DNA of 53,601 nucleotides, filler included, from Streblomastix strix (taxonomy: Eukaryota): the NCBI GenBank assembly GCA_008636045.1. It is 3 parts of 3 records of this genome, joined end to end, with 100 filler letters (N's around TTAATTAATTAA, not from the genome) between each part and the next. Parts side by side here need not be neighbours in the genome. Positions count along the whole stretch, not along the records: positions 17,917 to 35,711 come from SNRW01000671.1; positions 35,812 to 53,601 come from SNRW01000672.1; 1 more part is not named here. One strand, given 5' to 3'. The notes below the pieces were generated by a model, which was not told where the DNA came from, searched no databases, and worked only from the letters and a program-made list of their open reading frames with translations. Below, piece by piece: positions 24,600 to 37,249 of the stretch. The stretch's first letter is position 1, and the number at the start of each line of letters is the position of its first letter. The translations under genes were made by a program, and so were the position numbers.

Positions 24600-25016
24600 A
24601 TGTTAAAAATCATTGATAAATAACTCAAATTGCTACATCTATTCAATTAGCGAAGGCAGATTGATCTGAAAATGAAAGCTTTTTAACATACGGCAAACTT
24701 CTTCTTTGTATACTACTAATCATCAATTCAACCAGCATTAAAAACACTTCAATTCGCTATTGATCAGTGCTATATTCTATTCGAATAATCATGCTCAATA
24801 ACACTCTCCAGTATGATAATGAAGAATCTTTTCTCTAGATTTCTAGATTTCGAAGCGAAGTTTGGAGATTCTAAACATGATTATCATGTAAAGATTCTTC
24901 TTTCAAGATATGCACAAACTGAAGTTGAAGACTAAAAGAAACGATGTGAAGAGATGGGAATTAAATATGAAGAAGAAGAAGAAGATAAGAGCTATGATGA
25001 ATAGGATGAATAATGA
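24600..25016 (+). pseudogene. Isolated C-terminal HAT-repeat fragment resembling rRNA biogenesis protein RRP5
   Basis: 'CYILFEQSCSITLSSMIMKNLFSRFLDFEAKFGDSKHDYHVK..LSRY' matches the pattern of the last RRP5 HAT repeat (LFER..L...KMK.FFK.YL.FE...G....VK). Acidic tail; no upstream S1 domains seen. Confidence 0.55.
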
Positions 25017-25137
25017 TTATGAAATTTGTTTTATTTTATTAATAAATAATAATGAGTGAAAATAAGTTTTTATAACATAAAATACTTTTTAATATTTTTA
25101 TTAGAATAATGATATAAGATACAATTGAGCTCGGCTT

Positions 25138-28100
25138 TCATTTGGGAGGGCATCCACCTTTGCAATAATAATGTCTATCTTGATTATAACAACAATAACT
25201 ATTCTTGCATATGTCCTTTTGACATTTTTCGCATTTCGTAATACAATGATAACAAGGCATTTTCCCACATTGGTTACAATTTTTCTTTGAACTAAAATAG
25301 TGATCATTGCATGATTTCTCATTGCATACAGGGCAAACTTTAACACATTCAGGGCAGAGATGCAAATTGCAGGAATGACATTTGCATTATTTATCTAAGC
25401 ATCCTTCACAGATGATCTTATTACACTTTGGGCATTTTGTCATACAACATGAACAAGTCAATTTGGTGCAAATTATGCAAACTTATCCACTGCTTGTATG
25501 ATCTGAACACCACTTCTATGAACAAGCATTGCATTACTTTGAGCATCCAATACACACTTATTAGTTGCATGTTGCACACATTGCACCACTAGAAAGACAT
25601 TATTTACAAACACTCTCTTTGCATTTGGGACATTTCTTGAAACATTCTTTACATCTCAATTTCTTACATATCTAGCATTCAATCCAATTGTTGTTGCAAT
25701 TATTGCATTATTTCTTCTAACAAATCTGGCATTGTTTGAAACAAGCTTCACAAACCCTTAAACTGCAAGAACATGTTATTCCTTTAGATAAACACCCTTT
25801 GCAAAAGTTCTTATCACATTTCTAGCATTTAATTTGACATTTCAAGCAAATTAACTTTTTGCAGGAATTGCAATTTGATTCATTTCCTAGACAATCTTTG
25901 CATATTATTCCATGTTAACTTTCATTCTATTACAATTCTTTTCTATAAACTTGCTATTCACATTTAGAGCATTTAGTTTCTTTAATTAAGCATCTTTTGC
26001 AAAAGTTCTTATCACATTTCTAACATTTAATTTGGCAATCTCTACATGTCATTTTATCACACTTGTAGCATTTAGATCCAGAATTAACACAGTTCTCGCA
26101 CCATAAATTCGAACATACTTGACATTTCTTAATACATTCTTGGCAGATCTATTTCTAACATCCATCACATTTAATTCCTTTTGATAAACATCCTTTGCAA
26201 ATATCTTTATTACAATTCTGACAGTTTGTTTTGCATTATGTACACATTATCAATTTGCATTTGGAACAACTTACACCAGTGTTAGCATGATCAGAACACA
26301 ACATCTATTAACAATCTTAACATTTCCTTATACAATATTCACAAATCAATTTATCACATCCAGAACATTTAATTCCTTTGCTTAAGCAAACAGTACAAAT
26401 GTCTTTATTGCACATTTGACAATTAGCTTTGCATGTATTGCATGTCATTTTGCTGCATTTATAACATCTAACTCCAGAACTTATACAACCACTGCACCAT
26501 TTGATTCGGCAAGCTTCGCAGTCTTTAATGCATTTCTAACAAATATTTCGTTTGCATCCTTCGCATTATATTCCTTTTTCTAAGCATGTTTTGCATATCA
26601 ATTTATTACATTTATAACATTTTGCACGACAAGCCTTACAAGTCATTTATTTACAATAAGAACAAGATAAGCCATCATCAACACATAATGAACACAAATA
26701 GCATTTACATCTATTACATTATTTACCACATCTTTTGCAAATGTCTTCTTAGCATATCTAACAATGTATTAAGCATTATTTGCAAGGCTACCTCTAACAA
26801 CTTGAACAGGTTGATCCAGATTCCAAACAAACTAAACATTTATTCCTCTTGCATGTTGGACATTGTTTGAAACATGTTGAACAGATTAACTTCTTACAAT
26901 CGGGACATTTAATCCCTTTGGATATGCACTATTTACAATATAAGTGATCGCACAATTCGCATTTCTGTAGGCAATTCTCACAGAATTACTTTAAGCATTT
27001 TAAACATGATGTGTTTGTTCCAATGCATGATGGACATTTAGTCTTCAAACATGTGCTGCATTTCTTAAGACATTCATGGCAATGAAGTTTATTGCAAATT
27101 TCACACTTTTTTAAACATCCATTGCATGATTATTTCAAACAGAATGTGCATTTGGTTTCATCATTCGCACATATTTGACATACTTACTTCTTGCAGTTTG
27201 GACATTCTTTCAAGCAAACTTGGTTGTGTGAAATATTGCAATGTTGACATTTATTGTTCTTATGGCATTAATCGCAAATATACTTTCCACTTTATTCACA
27301 TTTCTTAATACATTGTTTGCAGAATAGTATTCCACATGCATTACATTCAATTGAACAAGCTCTACATCTTTCTTTCTAACATTTCTCACATTTCATTGAT
27401 ACTCGATCTTTCTTGCACAATACACATACAAATGAACTTCCTCCAGAAGAAGGCATTTATTAGAGTTATTATTGGAGAATATTAATAAGATTATTACTTT
27501 CTCTCAGTTCTTACTCAATTAATTTAATTCTTTCTTCCTTTGTTCTAACTTTATCTTCACATCTCTAAAGTCTTTCTTGCATTATATCGCAATTATCACA
27601 ATGTCCACTTTGAATTTAATTCTCTTTGCTTGAAACTTTCGATCTTAATAAAGGAATTAGTTATTGTGCTTATCCTTCAATTGATTATTCTTCTCCTTCT
27701 TCTTCTTCAGCTCCTGAAATCACTTCAAGAATTTATATTATTTCATTTAATTCATTCTTATTCCAAATCAGTCTTTATGCAGTTGCTAATTGTAGTAAGA
27801 TGTCCAAAATAGCAGATTTCACATGATCAGAATTCTACTGCAAAGATGATGAAGATGATGATGAATTATCTTCTTGTTAAAGAATCTAAATTGCTTTATT
27901 CATGAATCCTCCATGTTATACCAGATAAGATTTTAATCCTTTCATTTCAATAATTAAATTGATTAGTGTGCTCTTGCCTGCTTTACAAATAGAGCTGTTT
28001 GGTGATTGAATTGTCTGAATGAGTGTTGAACAGAGGATTTCAATGTGCGCATCTTTTATTGGTTATCCAGATTTCGCATTCAAATTCAGAAGCACACTGA

Positions 28101-28525
28101 GACATAGTGCCTATAAATAGAAGAAGAATTATCTATTAAGAATAAATAATACATACTTATATCTCGGAACTAGTCTACATGCAAAATAATTTTACGATCT
28201 TATCAATCACAAGATCAGCTCCTTAAATAACTTCTTCCAATGCTGGAAAAAATTATTAAAATTATTCATAATTTCAATTTAATAAAACAATTGATCTAAT
28301 ATTTTAGCATACACGTGGATATAAGGAAGAGAAGTTATTGTAATGACTCTTTAAGCTTTTCTCCTTTCAAATGCTCCAAATTCCCAACAATCGAAAGTAT
28401 TTCATTTGGCTATAAAGTTAAAGTTAGAATTTGATATGTGAAAATAGAGGAAATTAGTTTACCTTAACACGAATAGATAAAGTTTCTCGAATTGATGCGT
28501 TTGATCTTTCTTCTTCTTTGTTCAT
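25138..28525 (-). CDS. ~1072-aa protein: helical (ARM-like) N-terminus, coiled coil, ~770-aa CXXC-repeat array
   Basis: Exons 28525-28463, 28409-28313, 28242-28157 and 28110-25138, with GT-AG introns of 53, 70 and 46 nt. They sum to 3219 nt and keep frame. The C-terminal part is continuous CxxC repeats. Confidence 0.8.
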
Positions 28526-30051
28526 TGCTCTACTTTCGAATCAAAAATAATAATTATGATAAAAAAAAATTAGTAATTTTTTTGATTGAGTAGGATCAAT
28601 TAGAATAATTTTAAGAAAATTACAATTATCTATTTCATAATTAACGGTTGTATGATTTAATTGTTGATAATATAGTTAATGCGTTCAAAATTCAAAAAAT
28701 CGCAAAATAAGAACAAATTAATGGAAATCAAAATAGGAAAAAAAAAGAAAAATTAGAATGTAATAATATAAATTATATATTGTTAAATGAAATTGTAAGC
28801 TTTGCAAGTATTTGCTCAATAGTAGTTATAAATAGCGGATTTTATTTAGTATACGATGACAATTTGCGTATCATAAATTAAAACGTTAACAGGCAAAATT
28901 TGGAAGTATTACATTATGTTTATTCAAATTAAAGAATTTAAACAATGAATTATATTTTTCTAATATATATAATATAAAAAATTAAATAAAAATGTTCGAG
29001 ACAAATGAGAAAAATGAAGATTAATCAATTTATTTTTTAGTTGCGTCTAATTGTATATAAATAATCTTATTAATATTATTTTTGGATAAAAAAATTAGTG
29101 AGTAAAAAATAAATTTACGCAATAATGCGAATTGTAAATCGAGGGGGAAAAAATTCGTTTAACTAATAATTCAAAATTTTAGTCAGTTTTTATTTCATAT
29201 ACCTTAGACGCTCAGAAACACTGACAATATAATGCCCATTAAAGAAATCATTTGTAAAATATATCTAATTGCAAAATTTTATATTTTAAAATATAATAAT
29301 TATTTATAGCTAGCATTAAGGAATTTTTTCAATAAAAAAAAATTTGGAAAAAATACTTTTCTGAGAAATCAAATAAAAATTTAATTATTTTCTCAGAAAA
29401 TCATTGAACTACAAAATTAAATATGTTTTCAAAATTTCAAAAAATTTGGTTTTGTATCTCTTAAGATATTTGTAGTTTTTATTCCTATATTTTTAATTTC
29501 ACTTCCAAAAATAATAATCAGTGAGTATGCAATAAAATTTATTTACACTGTTTTTTTATATAAATTTGTTTGAATTCATTTATTCTAAATTTTATCATGA
29601 AAAAATAATACAAATAAAAGCTAGAAATTTTAATTGAGTTTTTTACTAGCATAGTTAAATTATAATTAATTAATTTTTAATTTTATTTTGTTGAAATTAA
29701 ATTATTTATTACATTTTAATAATTATTACTAAATTATTTTTTGATAACTTTAGTTTGATTGATTTTAATGAAATTTAAATTATTAGTTTATTCTTCTCGG
29801 TCGAATGAAGTATATTTTAAACAAGTTTTTATATAAACTCAATTAACAGGACACATAATTTCATACAATTCACATCATTAATATGAAATTATCAATCCAA
29901 CAAAAGATAACAATTTTTCTTTAAAAAAACGTTATTCCGCCACTCCAGCGTATTTTTTACACTTAATAACCTATTTTTTATACTTTCACATATAATTATC
30001 ATATTTATTTCTTCAAATATTATTTTTTTATTAAAAAAGAATCAGAATAAA

Positions 30052-30735
30052 ATGAAATCCGAGTAAGAAATCTAAAAAACAGCAAGAGCCATAGTTTCTT
30101 TCACTGATTCATACTCATAAAACAAGCAAGGAAAGTAAAATGAATAACCAGAATCAAAATCAAAACTATCTCTTACATATATTGTTTCTTCTCTTAAAAA
30201 CCTTTCATAACAAATCCAGATGAACAAGTCATGCAAATAAGTGATTCAGATTCCGAAGTTTCTTCATTCTCTCACTGTACTTTCCAGTTTCAAACTTGAA
30301 ACTCAGTTTAGCAAAAAAATAAACAACCAGAGATGGGAAGTGAGACATTGGAGTAGACTGTGTCTTGCTTGGATTCAACATTATGGTGACGAATATGATC
30401 AAACAGAACTTGCAAATTATGGATATGGAAAAGTGATTTGCATTTTATTCAGCACAGCTGGAGGCATCGGCGAGGAACAGAATGAGGAGATCGGAAATGG
30501 ATTGATGTACATCTACGATTTCCTCAGAGAACTTCATAAAGGGAGAAATAATTAACCATCCTTCCAACCACTTCCATTACTTGCACGAATGACAGAAGAA
30601 TAAATAGAAGAAGAAGGAGCAAATGAAGAAGTTGAGGCCTAAATGATTAATTATGGACATAAATATTGTAATATCAAATATTATGCAAAATACGCAAAAG
30701 CTGTGATTCTGAACCATTTCATTCACAGGCGTTGA
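30052..30735 (+). CDS. 227-aa member of a lineage-expanded hypothetical helical family
   Basis: Intronless ATG 30052 to TGA 30735. Motifs 'FSTAGGIGEEQNEEI' and 'QPSFQPLPLLARMTEEQIEEEGANEEVEAQM' are recalled as typical of an expanded Streblomastix family. Confidence 0.8.
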
Positions 30736-31098
30736 ATATGACCGGTTTGGTACATTCAGTTATATATATATTTTTTCATTATTGAACAACAGTTATTCAT
30801 TTCATGCTTAATTATATATTTTATTTTTTAGTAACTTAATGAAACACTGTGAATGAATTTTTTAAACTTCAAATTATCCATGTGCTTCAATATCTGTACA
30901 TTTGACTAATAAAATAAAAAAATTGCAATAAATTTTGACAAAGTTTAACGTTTTGTAATGCTCTTTATTAATAGGTATATAAAAAAGAAGCCGTGAAATG
31001 AATTGACAGTTATTCCTCATTTGAGATGCGAGAAGAAAAAAAAATTCACTCACAAATCTATTCAGAGTAAAATAACATTAAAACATTCAGCACAATAA

Positions 31099-33494
31099 TC
31101 AGTCACTCAATCTCGGTCGCTTGTTGTTTTGCTTATCCAACATGAATCTAAACAACCGCCTCTGCGTCTTCGCATCAAACTCGTCCAAATCCAACTCGAG
31201 TTCTTCACCAGTTAATCTCTGAATATTATAAGTGGATTATATGGATTTTAAATATTATATATATTATTAATTAACATATTTAATATAATTAATTGATGTT
31301 ATATATAACATTAATTAATATTATTAATTAATATATTTAATATAATTAATTGATGATATATCATATACATCATTAATTAATATATTTAATATATCGTATA
31401 TAATAATCATATTATCCATATATTTCACAATACACACATTCTCAAATCCAGAAACTGTCTTCTTCAAGAACTGGACAATCTTGTCCATTTCTTCTTCGCC
31501 GATCTCCTCAAAATGCGCAGTTACAAATGCATTCTCCTCTTTGGTAAGTGGACTTGTGGAATTAGTTAATGAATGGAATATATAAATATATGAATATGTG
31601 TATAAATGAATATATGAATATATGCATAAATGAATATATGTATAAATGAATGGAATATATGTATAAATGGAATATATGAATATATGTATAAATGGAATAT
31701 ATGAATATATGCATAAATGAATATATGTATAAATGAATGGATACGATAAAAAATTAATAAATAAACAATGAATTTAAAGAAATATGAATAAATAATTGAA
31801 AGCTCAAATCAACATTGCATTTACGCAATTAAATGCTTATAAATTCATATATCGTAAATAACACATATAAATACATATATCATATAAATCATAACATATA
31901 CATCTCAACATACACATCATCATCCGCTTAAGCTATTTCCAGTACACCCAAGTCCTGTTATTATTATTAATCATCGTTTTCATCATCAAGATCATCCTCA
32001 AGGTCATCATCATCATCTTACGGGTACATCTACTTGTTCTGCGAAGGTGTAATGTAATTCATATTATTCATGCTAAGGTTGCCCATTCTTGGGTCCATCT
32101 AATTAATTGAGCTTATCGGTTCTGGTATTTAGTACTATTATTGGTACATTAGCCCATTGGGCGTTCTAATGTTCTATCTCCCTCTAGTAATTTGACGTGG
32201 TGTTTTATTCATAACAGGGTAGTATTCTATTTAGTTAGTAGGATCATATGGTTGTTGCTACTATTGCAACTATTACTATGGGTAGAGATACTGCTGATCA
32301 TACCGACTATCAACCTTCTGCTTCTTCTTCTTCGGATTCCGCGGTCTTTTCTTCGCTTTTTTAGTGTCTTAGTATATAAGAGGTAAAACGTTCATCCCCT
32401 TCTACTACGCCATCTACAGTTACATCTACCTGTCTATTATATACCCCTCCTATGAAGTCTGGGGCGATTTCCTTATTTTTGCAGCTTTCCCAGTTCGTGG
32501 ATTGACAACGGGACCTCCTTTCTCTAACACAACGCCTTCTATGGCTTTAGAAGCTGCAACTGAAGCTGGACGTGGCTTTCTTTTAACCAAAGGCTCAGAT
32601 TGCAAGGTTTGGTTGTGATGTGATTATTGAGATGCTTACTGCTAATATAGTCCTTATTATCCATCAAGCAGTTATTATTATTATTATTACTATTACTGTT
32701 ATAACTACATTTATTACCCAGGGTTTATCTTGCTCGCCGCTAACAGATGCCTCGCTTCTGATATTTTCGCTTCCTCCACTTCTTCATTCGTCCACCATCC
32801 TTTCTCAACGACATGCTCAAGTTTCTCTGCGAAAATCTTCTGCAGGTCATTCGCCATTATTGTGACTAGCGTATCCTTCTTGTTGTATAAGTAGCAGTTA
32901 TCCCACACTAAGTGAACAGCATCAAGCACTTCTGACGCGCTTCGAAACATGGGCTGTTTCACTGATTGGGCCACAATATCAGATGGGCGAAGAATTTGCG
33001 GGTTTTTGGTCTTCTTCGGTGTAGTGAAGGTCGGGATTCGGTCTTTGATGGTCCCCAAATCGATTGGGCGTTTGACTATTGTGAAGTAGTCGGGGATGTT
33101 TAGTTGGATTGGGTCAACTGGGGATGAAAAGGGACCCCCTGCTTTGTGCTGCATTAGGTCGATGATGCATTTGCGGAGGTAGCTGTGGTGTAGATATATG
33201 TGCATGTGTATGTTTATTATATTTAGAGAGTAAGAATTATATATTAGAAATTTATTGAAAAAATATATATATTATAAAAATTATTAGAAAAATTATTTAT
33301 TTGTTTGAAAAATAACAATACTTTAGAGCATCAACAGTTCGACGGTTGAACTATCCACTGTTACTTGAACCAACTTGTCTTGTTGGAGATTCATTATTAT
33401 CATCTGATGAATCAGTTCCTCCTTTGTTTGGTTTAGAATTTTCCATTGAACCAAGCACATCCATGAGCTTGTCATATGCGCCGGTATCAGCCAT
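31099..33494 (-). CDS. BET/GTE-type protein: single bromodomain plus ET (NET) domain
   Basis: Exons 33494-33322, 33182-31914, 31552-31438 and 31218-31099. Bromodomain 'GPFSSPVDPIQLNIPDYFTIVKRPIDLGTIK...LVWDNCYLYN'. C-terminal ET 'PLTKEENAFV...MDKIVQFLK...ELELDLDEFDAKTQRRLFRFM'. Confidence 0.88.
31570..31742. repeat. Intronic minisatellite (GAATATATGTATAAAT-like units)
   Basis: Tandem degenerate units inside intron 2 of the bromodomain gene. Confidence 0.85.
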
Positions 33495-34321
33495 TTTAAC
33501 AAGCTGGAATAAATTAAATTTGAGTTGGAAATAAAGATAAGTGAATGAAATAGATAAATATAATCAGATAATATAAGTAAAAGAGTGCAAATTATGGCAA
33601 TTAAGTTTTTAAAAAAATCAATAAATGTATTAATTAGACAATTTTTAAGATAATTTATTTCAAAATATGATCAAATGCCATATATTAAAAAATAACTATT
33701 AATAAAACAAAAAATAATTTGATTGTAACTGAAAAATATGGTGCGAATGGCGATATTTGTTGAAAAAAATTAAAAATGTTTCTGTGCTCTATACATATTT
33801 TAAATAACTTTACAATATGTCATAAATCATATAAATAAATAATTTCAATAGTACAAAATATATTATAAAATAATAAAATAGACAGATCAGTCATAATGTA
33901 GGCTTTTTTAGTAAATTTCAATTTAATCGGATGATCAAACGTTATATGTATAGATTTTGTGAATAAACTATAATTATATATATAAAGAATACAATTCTTA
34001 TAGTATAAGCTGAAATTAAAATGTAAATGTGCCAAATTAAAAAAAATAAAAGAATCAAGCTGGAATTGAACCTGTGATTTCTTATATAATAACAAAAATA
34101 AAAGCAAAATTAGAAAAATAATCTCGCCAAAATAATTTCGATTCCCCATAAACACAAGCAAGATTAATTTTAATTTCTGAATATTTACTTAGAATCGATT
34201 GTTTTTTTTAATGAAAAAGTGATGTTAAAAATAATAATTTGATAAAAAATAATTGATAGACTTTTTTTCTGTTCTATTTAACATAACGAATATTTAATAA
34301 TAATAAAATAAATAAATAAAC

Positions 34322-35711
34322 TCATTCAGGATTAATGTTAATAATCGTAATTTCGCTGAATCCAGAAGTTCGAGCAGGTGTTCCAGCTGATCCTGTTCCT
34401 GGATTCACATACATATTCCTTGCAAAAGACTCTTTTTACTCCAAAATATACACAATGTCCTTCTAATTATTATTACTCCTATAATTCTATTATTTATTAA
34501 TATTACTCTATTTACGATTATCTGATGTTATTGTCAATAGTCTTGCTGGATGCGAGAAGAAAAGTCTTATGAACAATGGATGGATGGGGAAGACTTGTCC
34601 ATTGTGGGTGTGACCTGCGAGGAATAAGTCACCGCGAAGGAGATCCATGGATGACAACCAGGCTTCTGTAATATATATATTATATATATTATATATATTA
34701 TATTGATTATAGGCATGAATAAATTATTTGTTTGTTAATAAATATGAATAAATTATTAGTTTATTAATAAAAATAATTTAATTTGGATATAATTTTTAAA
34801 TCAAATTCTTATTATTTATTATAATTAATGAACAAACCATCATGCGGTCGGTGATGAAGTATAATTGTATAAGGTGAATCAGAAGACTCATTTTAGAATA
34901 AAGATGTATTTGTTGAATAAAGATTATTAACATCTTCAATGAATTAGTCTTTTGGTCCATCTTCAATTCCAATTATTCTTAAGTTATTTGTATTATTATG
35001 ATTTGAGTCGGATTAATTTATATGGTTATCATTTAAACTGGACGAATCTGAATTGTGAAGTGAAATATTAATAAATTCATTTGTTAATAAACGAACCTGG
35101 CAAAAAATGAAAAATTAGAATAAAAAACAAATTGAAGTTAAATAAATTAAATCATGAATGAATTATTTAAAACAAAAATTAATTAGCATAAATAAATATA
35201 AATTATTCTATATCACACATTAGGGAAATGTTTAATCATCTTCTCTACATTATCTCTGCCAGACATAATATCATGATTACCCTGCAATTATAATAATAAT
35301 TGAAAATAAATTATCAACAAAGATATTAACTATGAATAAATATAAAATAATATCACACCATCACAAAGAATACTCCATGTTTCGCTCGAAGTTTTGATAG
35401 AGGTTGCATTTCAGGATATGCATTATATTACTCATTATTTGAATGTAGTATTTTTCCATTGACTGATTCATCCTATTTAACAATTCCAGTTCTATCAACA
35501 AGGTCTCCAGTAATACAGATTATATCTCCTTTGAGAGTATTCACTTATGATACAACCTTATTAAGGAATGATCGACTTCTAGAGCCAATATGTATATCTG
35601 AAATGTGGATTATTCGCAGTGATTGTTTGATCTTAGTGCTCCTGAATGAATAATAAAATAATAGTAAAAAAAAATAATAATTGTGAAAAATTACATACTT
35701 CAAATAGATAT
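34322..35711 (-). CDS. Calcineurin-like metallophosphoesterase, YkuE/TMPPE type (5' truncated, several introns)
   Basis: Motifs HISDIH, ITGDLVD, GNHD (across intron 35282-35358), LHHRP, LAGHTHNGQ and 'YVNPGTGSAGTPART..SEIT'. TGA at 34322. Confidence 0.88.
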
Positions 35712-35811
35712 NNNNNNNNNNNNNNNNNNNNNNNNNNNNNNNNNNNNNNNNNNNNTTAATTAATTAANNNNNNNNNNNNNNNNNNNNNNNNNNNNNNNNN
35801 NNNNNNNNNNN
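35712..35811. other. Artificial contig linker
   Basis: 44 N + TTAATTAATTAA + 44 N. Confidence 0.98.
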
Positions 35812-36611
35812 CAGATCCATCAGATATTGAATTCTCAGATGTTGATGCAACTATGAAAAAGATAACAAAGAAACAAAGTAAATGTAACTCAGTCACTCTC
35901 AGTTAAGATCTTGAAGATAAAATTTGGTCATTGGAAACAATATTTAATTGTGTTCAATATGACGGTAGCTATTGTTTGTAATTTCAAATAATTTAATTTT
36001 AAATTGGAATTATTATTTTATGTTTATTAACTTTAAAGGTGTTGGTATTGTTCAAGATTCATACGTAATCCCTGTTGGAATGAATGTTTATACAAACCCT
36101 CGTTTGAAAATTATTTATTATATTAAACAATTATTATTTAATTATTTGTATTCATAATATAGATTAAAATCATTTGGCAGTATTTTCTGGAAAGTATCAT
36201 ATTTTATTTTAATTTATTATTTTCTTAATTCTTAATAATCAACATTAATTATACAGATAATGGACGAATGGAGGAATAAGACATAAAATGATAGACACTT
36301 TTGGAAATATTAGATTTACCAATAATCAAATCGTGAAACTTGAATTTGATACAGAAAAAGGAACTCTGATATTCTTTATTGATGGAGTTCAACAACCTGT
36401 TTATATCTCAGGAATTAAAGAGAAAGTTCGTTTCTTTGTATGATTATTAATAATTTGTATTTATAATATCATTATTATTGATCATGTTTATTATTGATAA
36501 CAAAAGATATATATGTATTGGAGTGGTTCTTCATGCACCATTCGATCTCTGAAGAAAATCACTTCTCCAACTTCTAAACATATTCCAAATGAAAAAGCAA
36601 TTAATTGGTGA
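35812..36611 (+). CDS. 3' exons of a SPRY/B30.2-like domain gene (lineage-expanded family)
   Basis: Short exons 'GVGIVQDSYVIP', 'NNQIVKLEFDTEKGTLIFFIDGVQQPVYISGIKEKVRFF' and 'IYMYWSGSSCTIRSLKK...NEKAINW*', separated by short AT-rich introns. Confidence 0.7.
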
Positions 36612-37249
36612 AAGAACTGATCAACTTGAGTAATACACGGATAAATTATTAGTGAATTATAAAATAATTTCTTAATTAATATTCAAATAAAATCATTAAA
36701 AATCAATTTTTCTGAATATCGCACTAAAAAATCATATCAAAATTCACTATTTCGAAATAAAACTTGCATTTTATTCATTATTTATTTTTGTTAACGTAAG
36801 ACATCTTTTTAACATAATATTGAACTTAAATATACTGAAATAAAACATAAATTATCTAAATTATATCAAATATCTATTCTGCCTTCTGATGATTATTCGA
36901 TATACCCTTAACCTCATCACAGTCTGGATGACCATATCAAATACAATCAAAGTCTATGATCTCAATTAATCATATGAATCCCTCATGTCTAATAAAATCA
37001 TCCAGGAAGTATTCACTTAAAAATTTAATTTATAATATTTAATGTCTAAATTTAAGGCTAATTTAAGATTAAATATTATTATCGAAAATTAAAAATTTTT
37101 TTGCTATATATATTTGTAATGGTGTTTTTTTAACGTTTCTTCTTCTATTTGACTAATATTTACGTTTATTTGATGTGTGTATATAAATCTATTCTTTGAT
37201 CGTCAGTGATTTTATTGGAATATGTGTTAATTTTTTTAAAGAAGACCTT

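Noticed and set aside
25138..27456. Giardia-type variant surface protein
   Set aside because: There is no signal peptide, TM helix or CRGKA-like tail, and it is in frame with an upstream helical domain.
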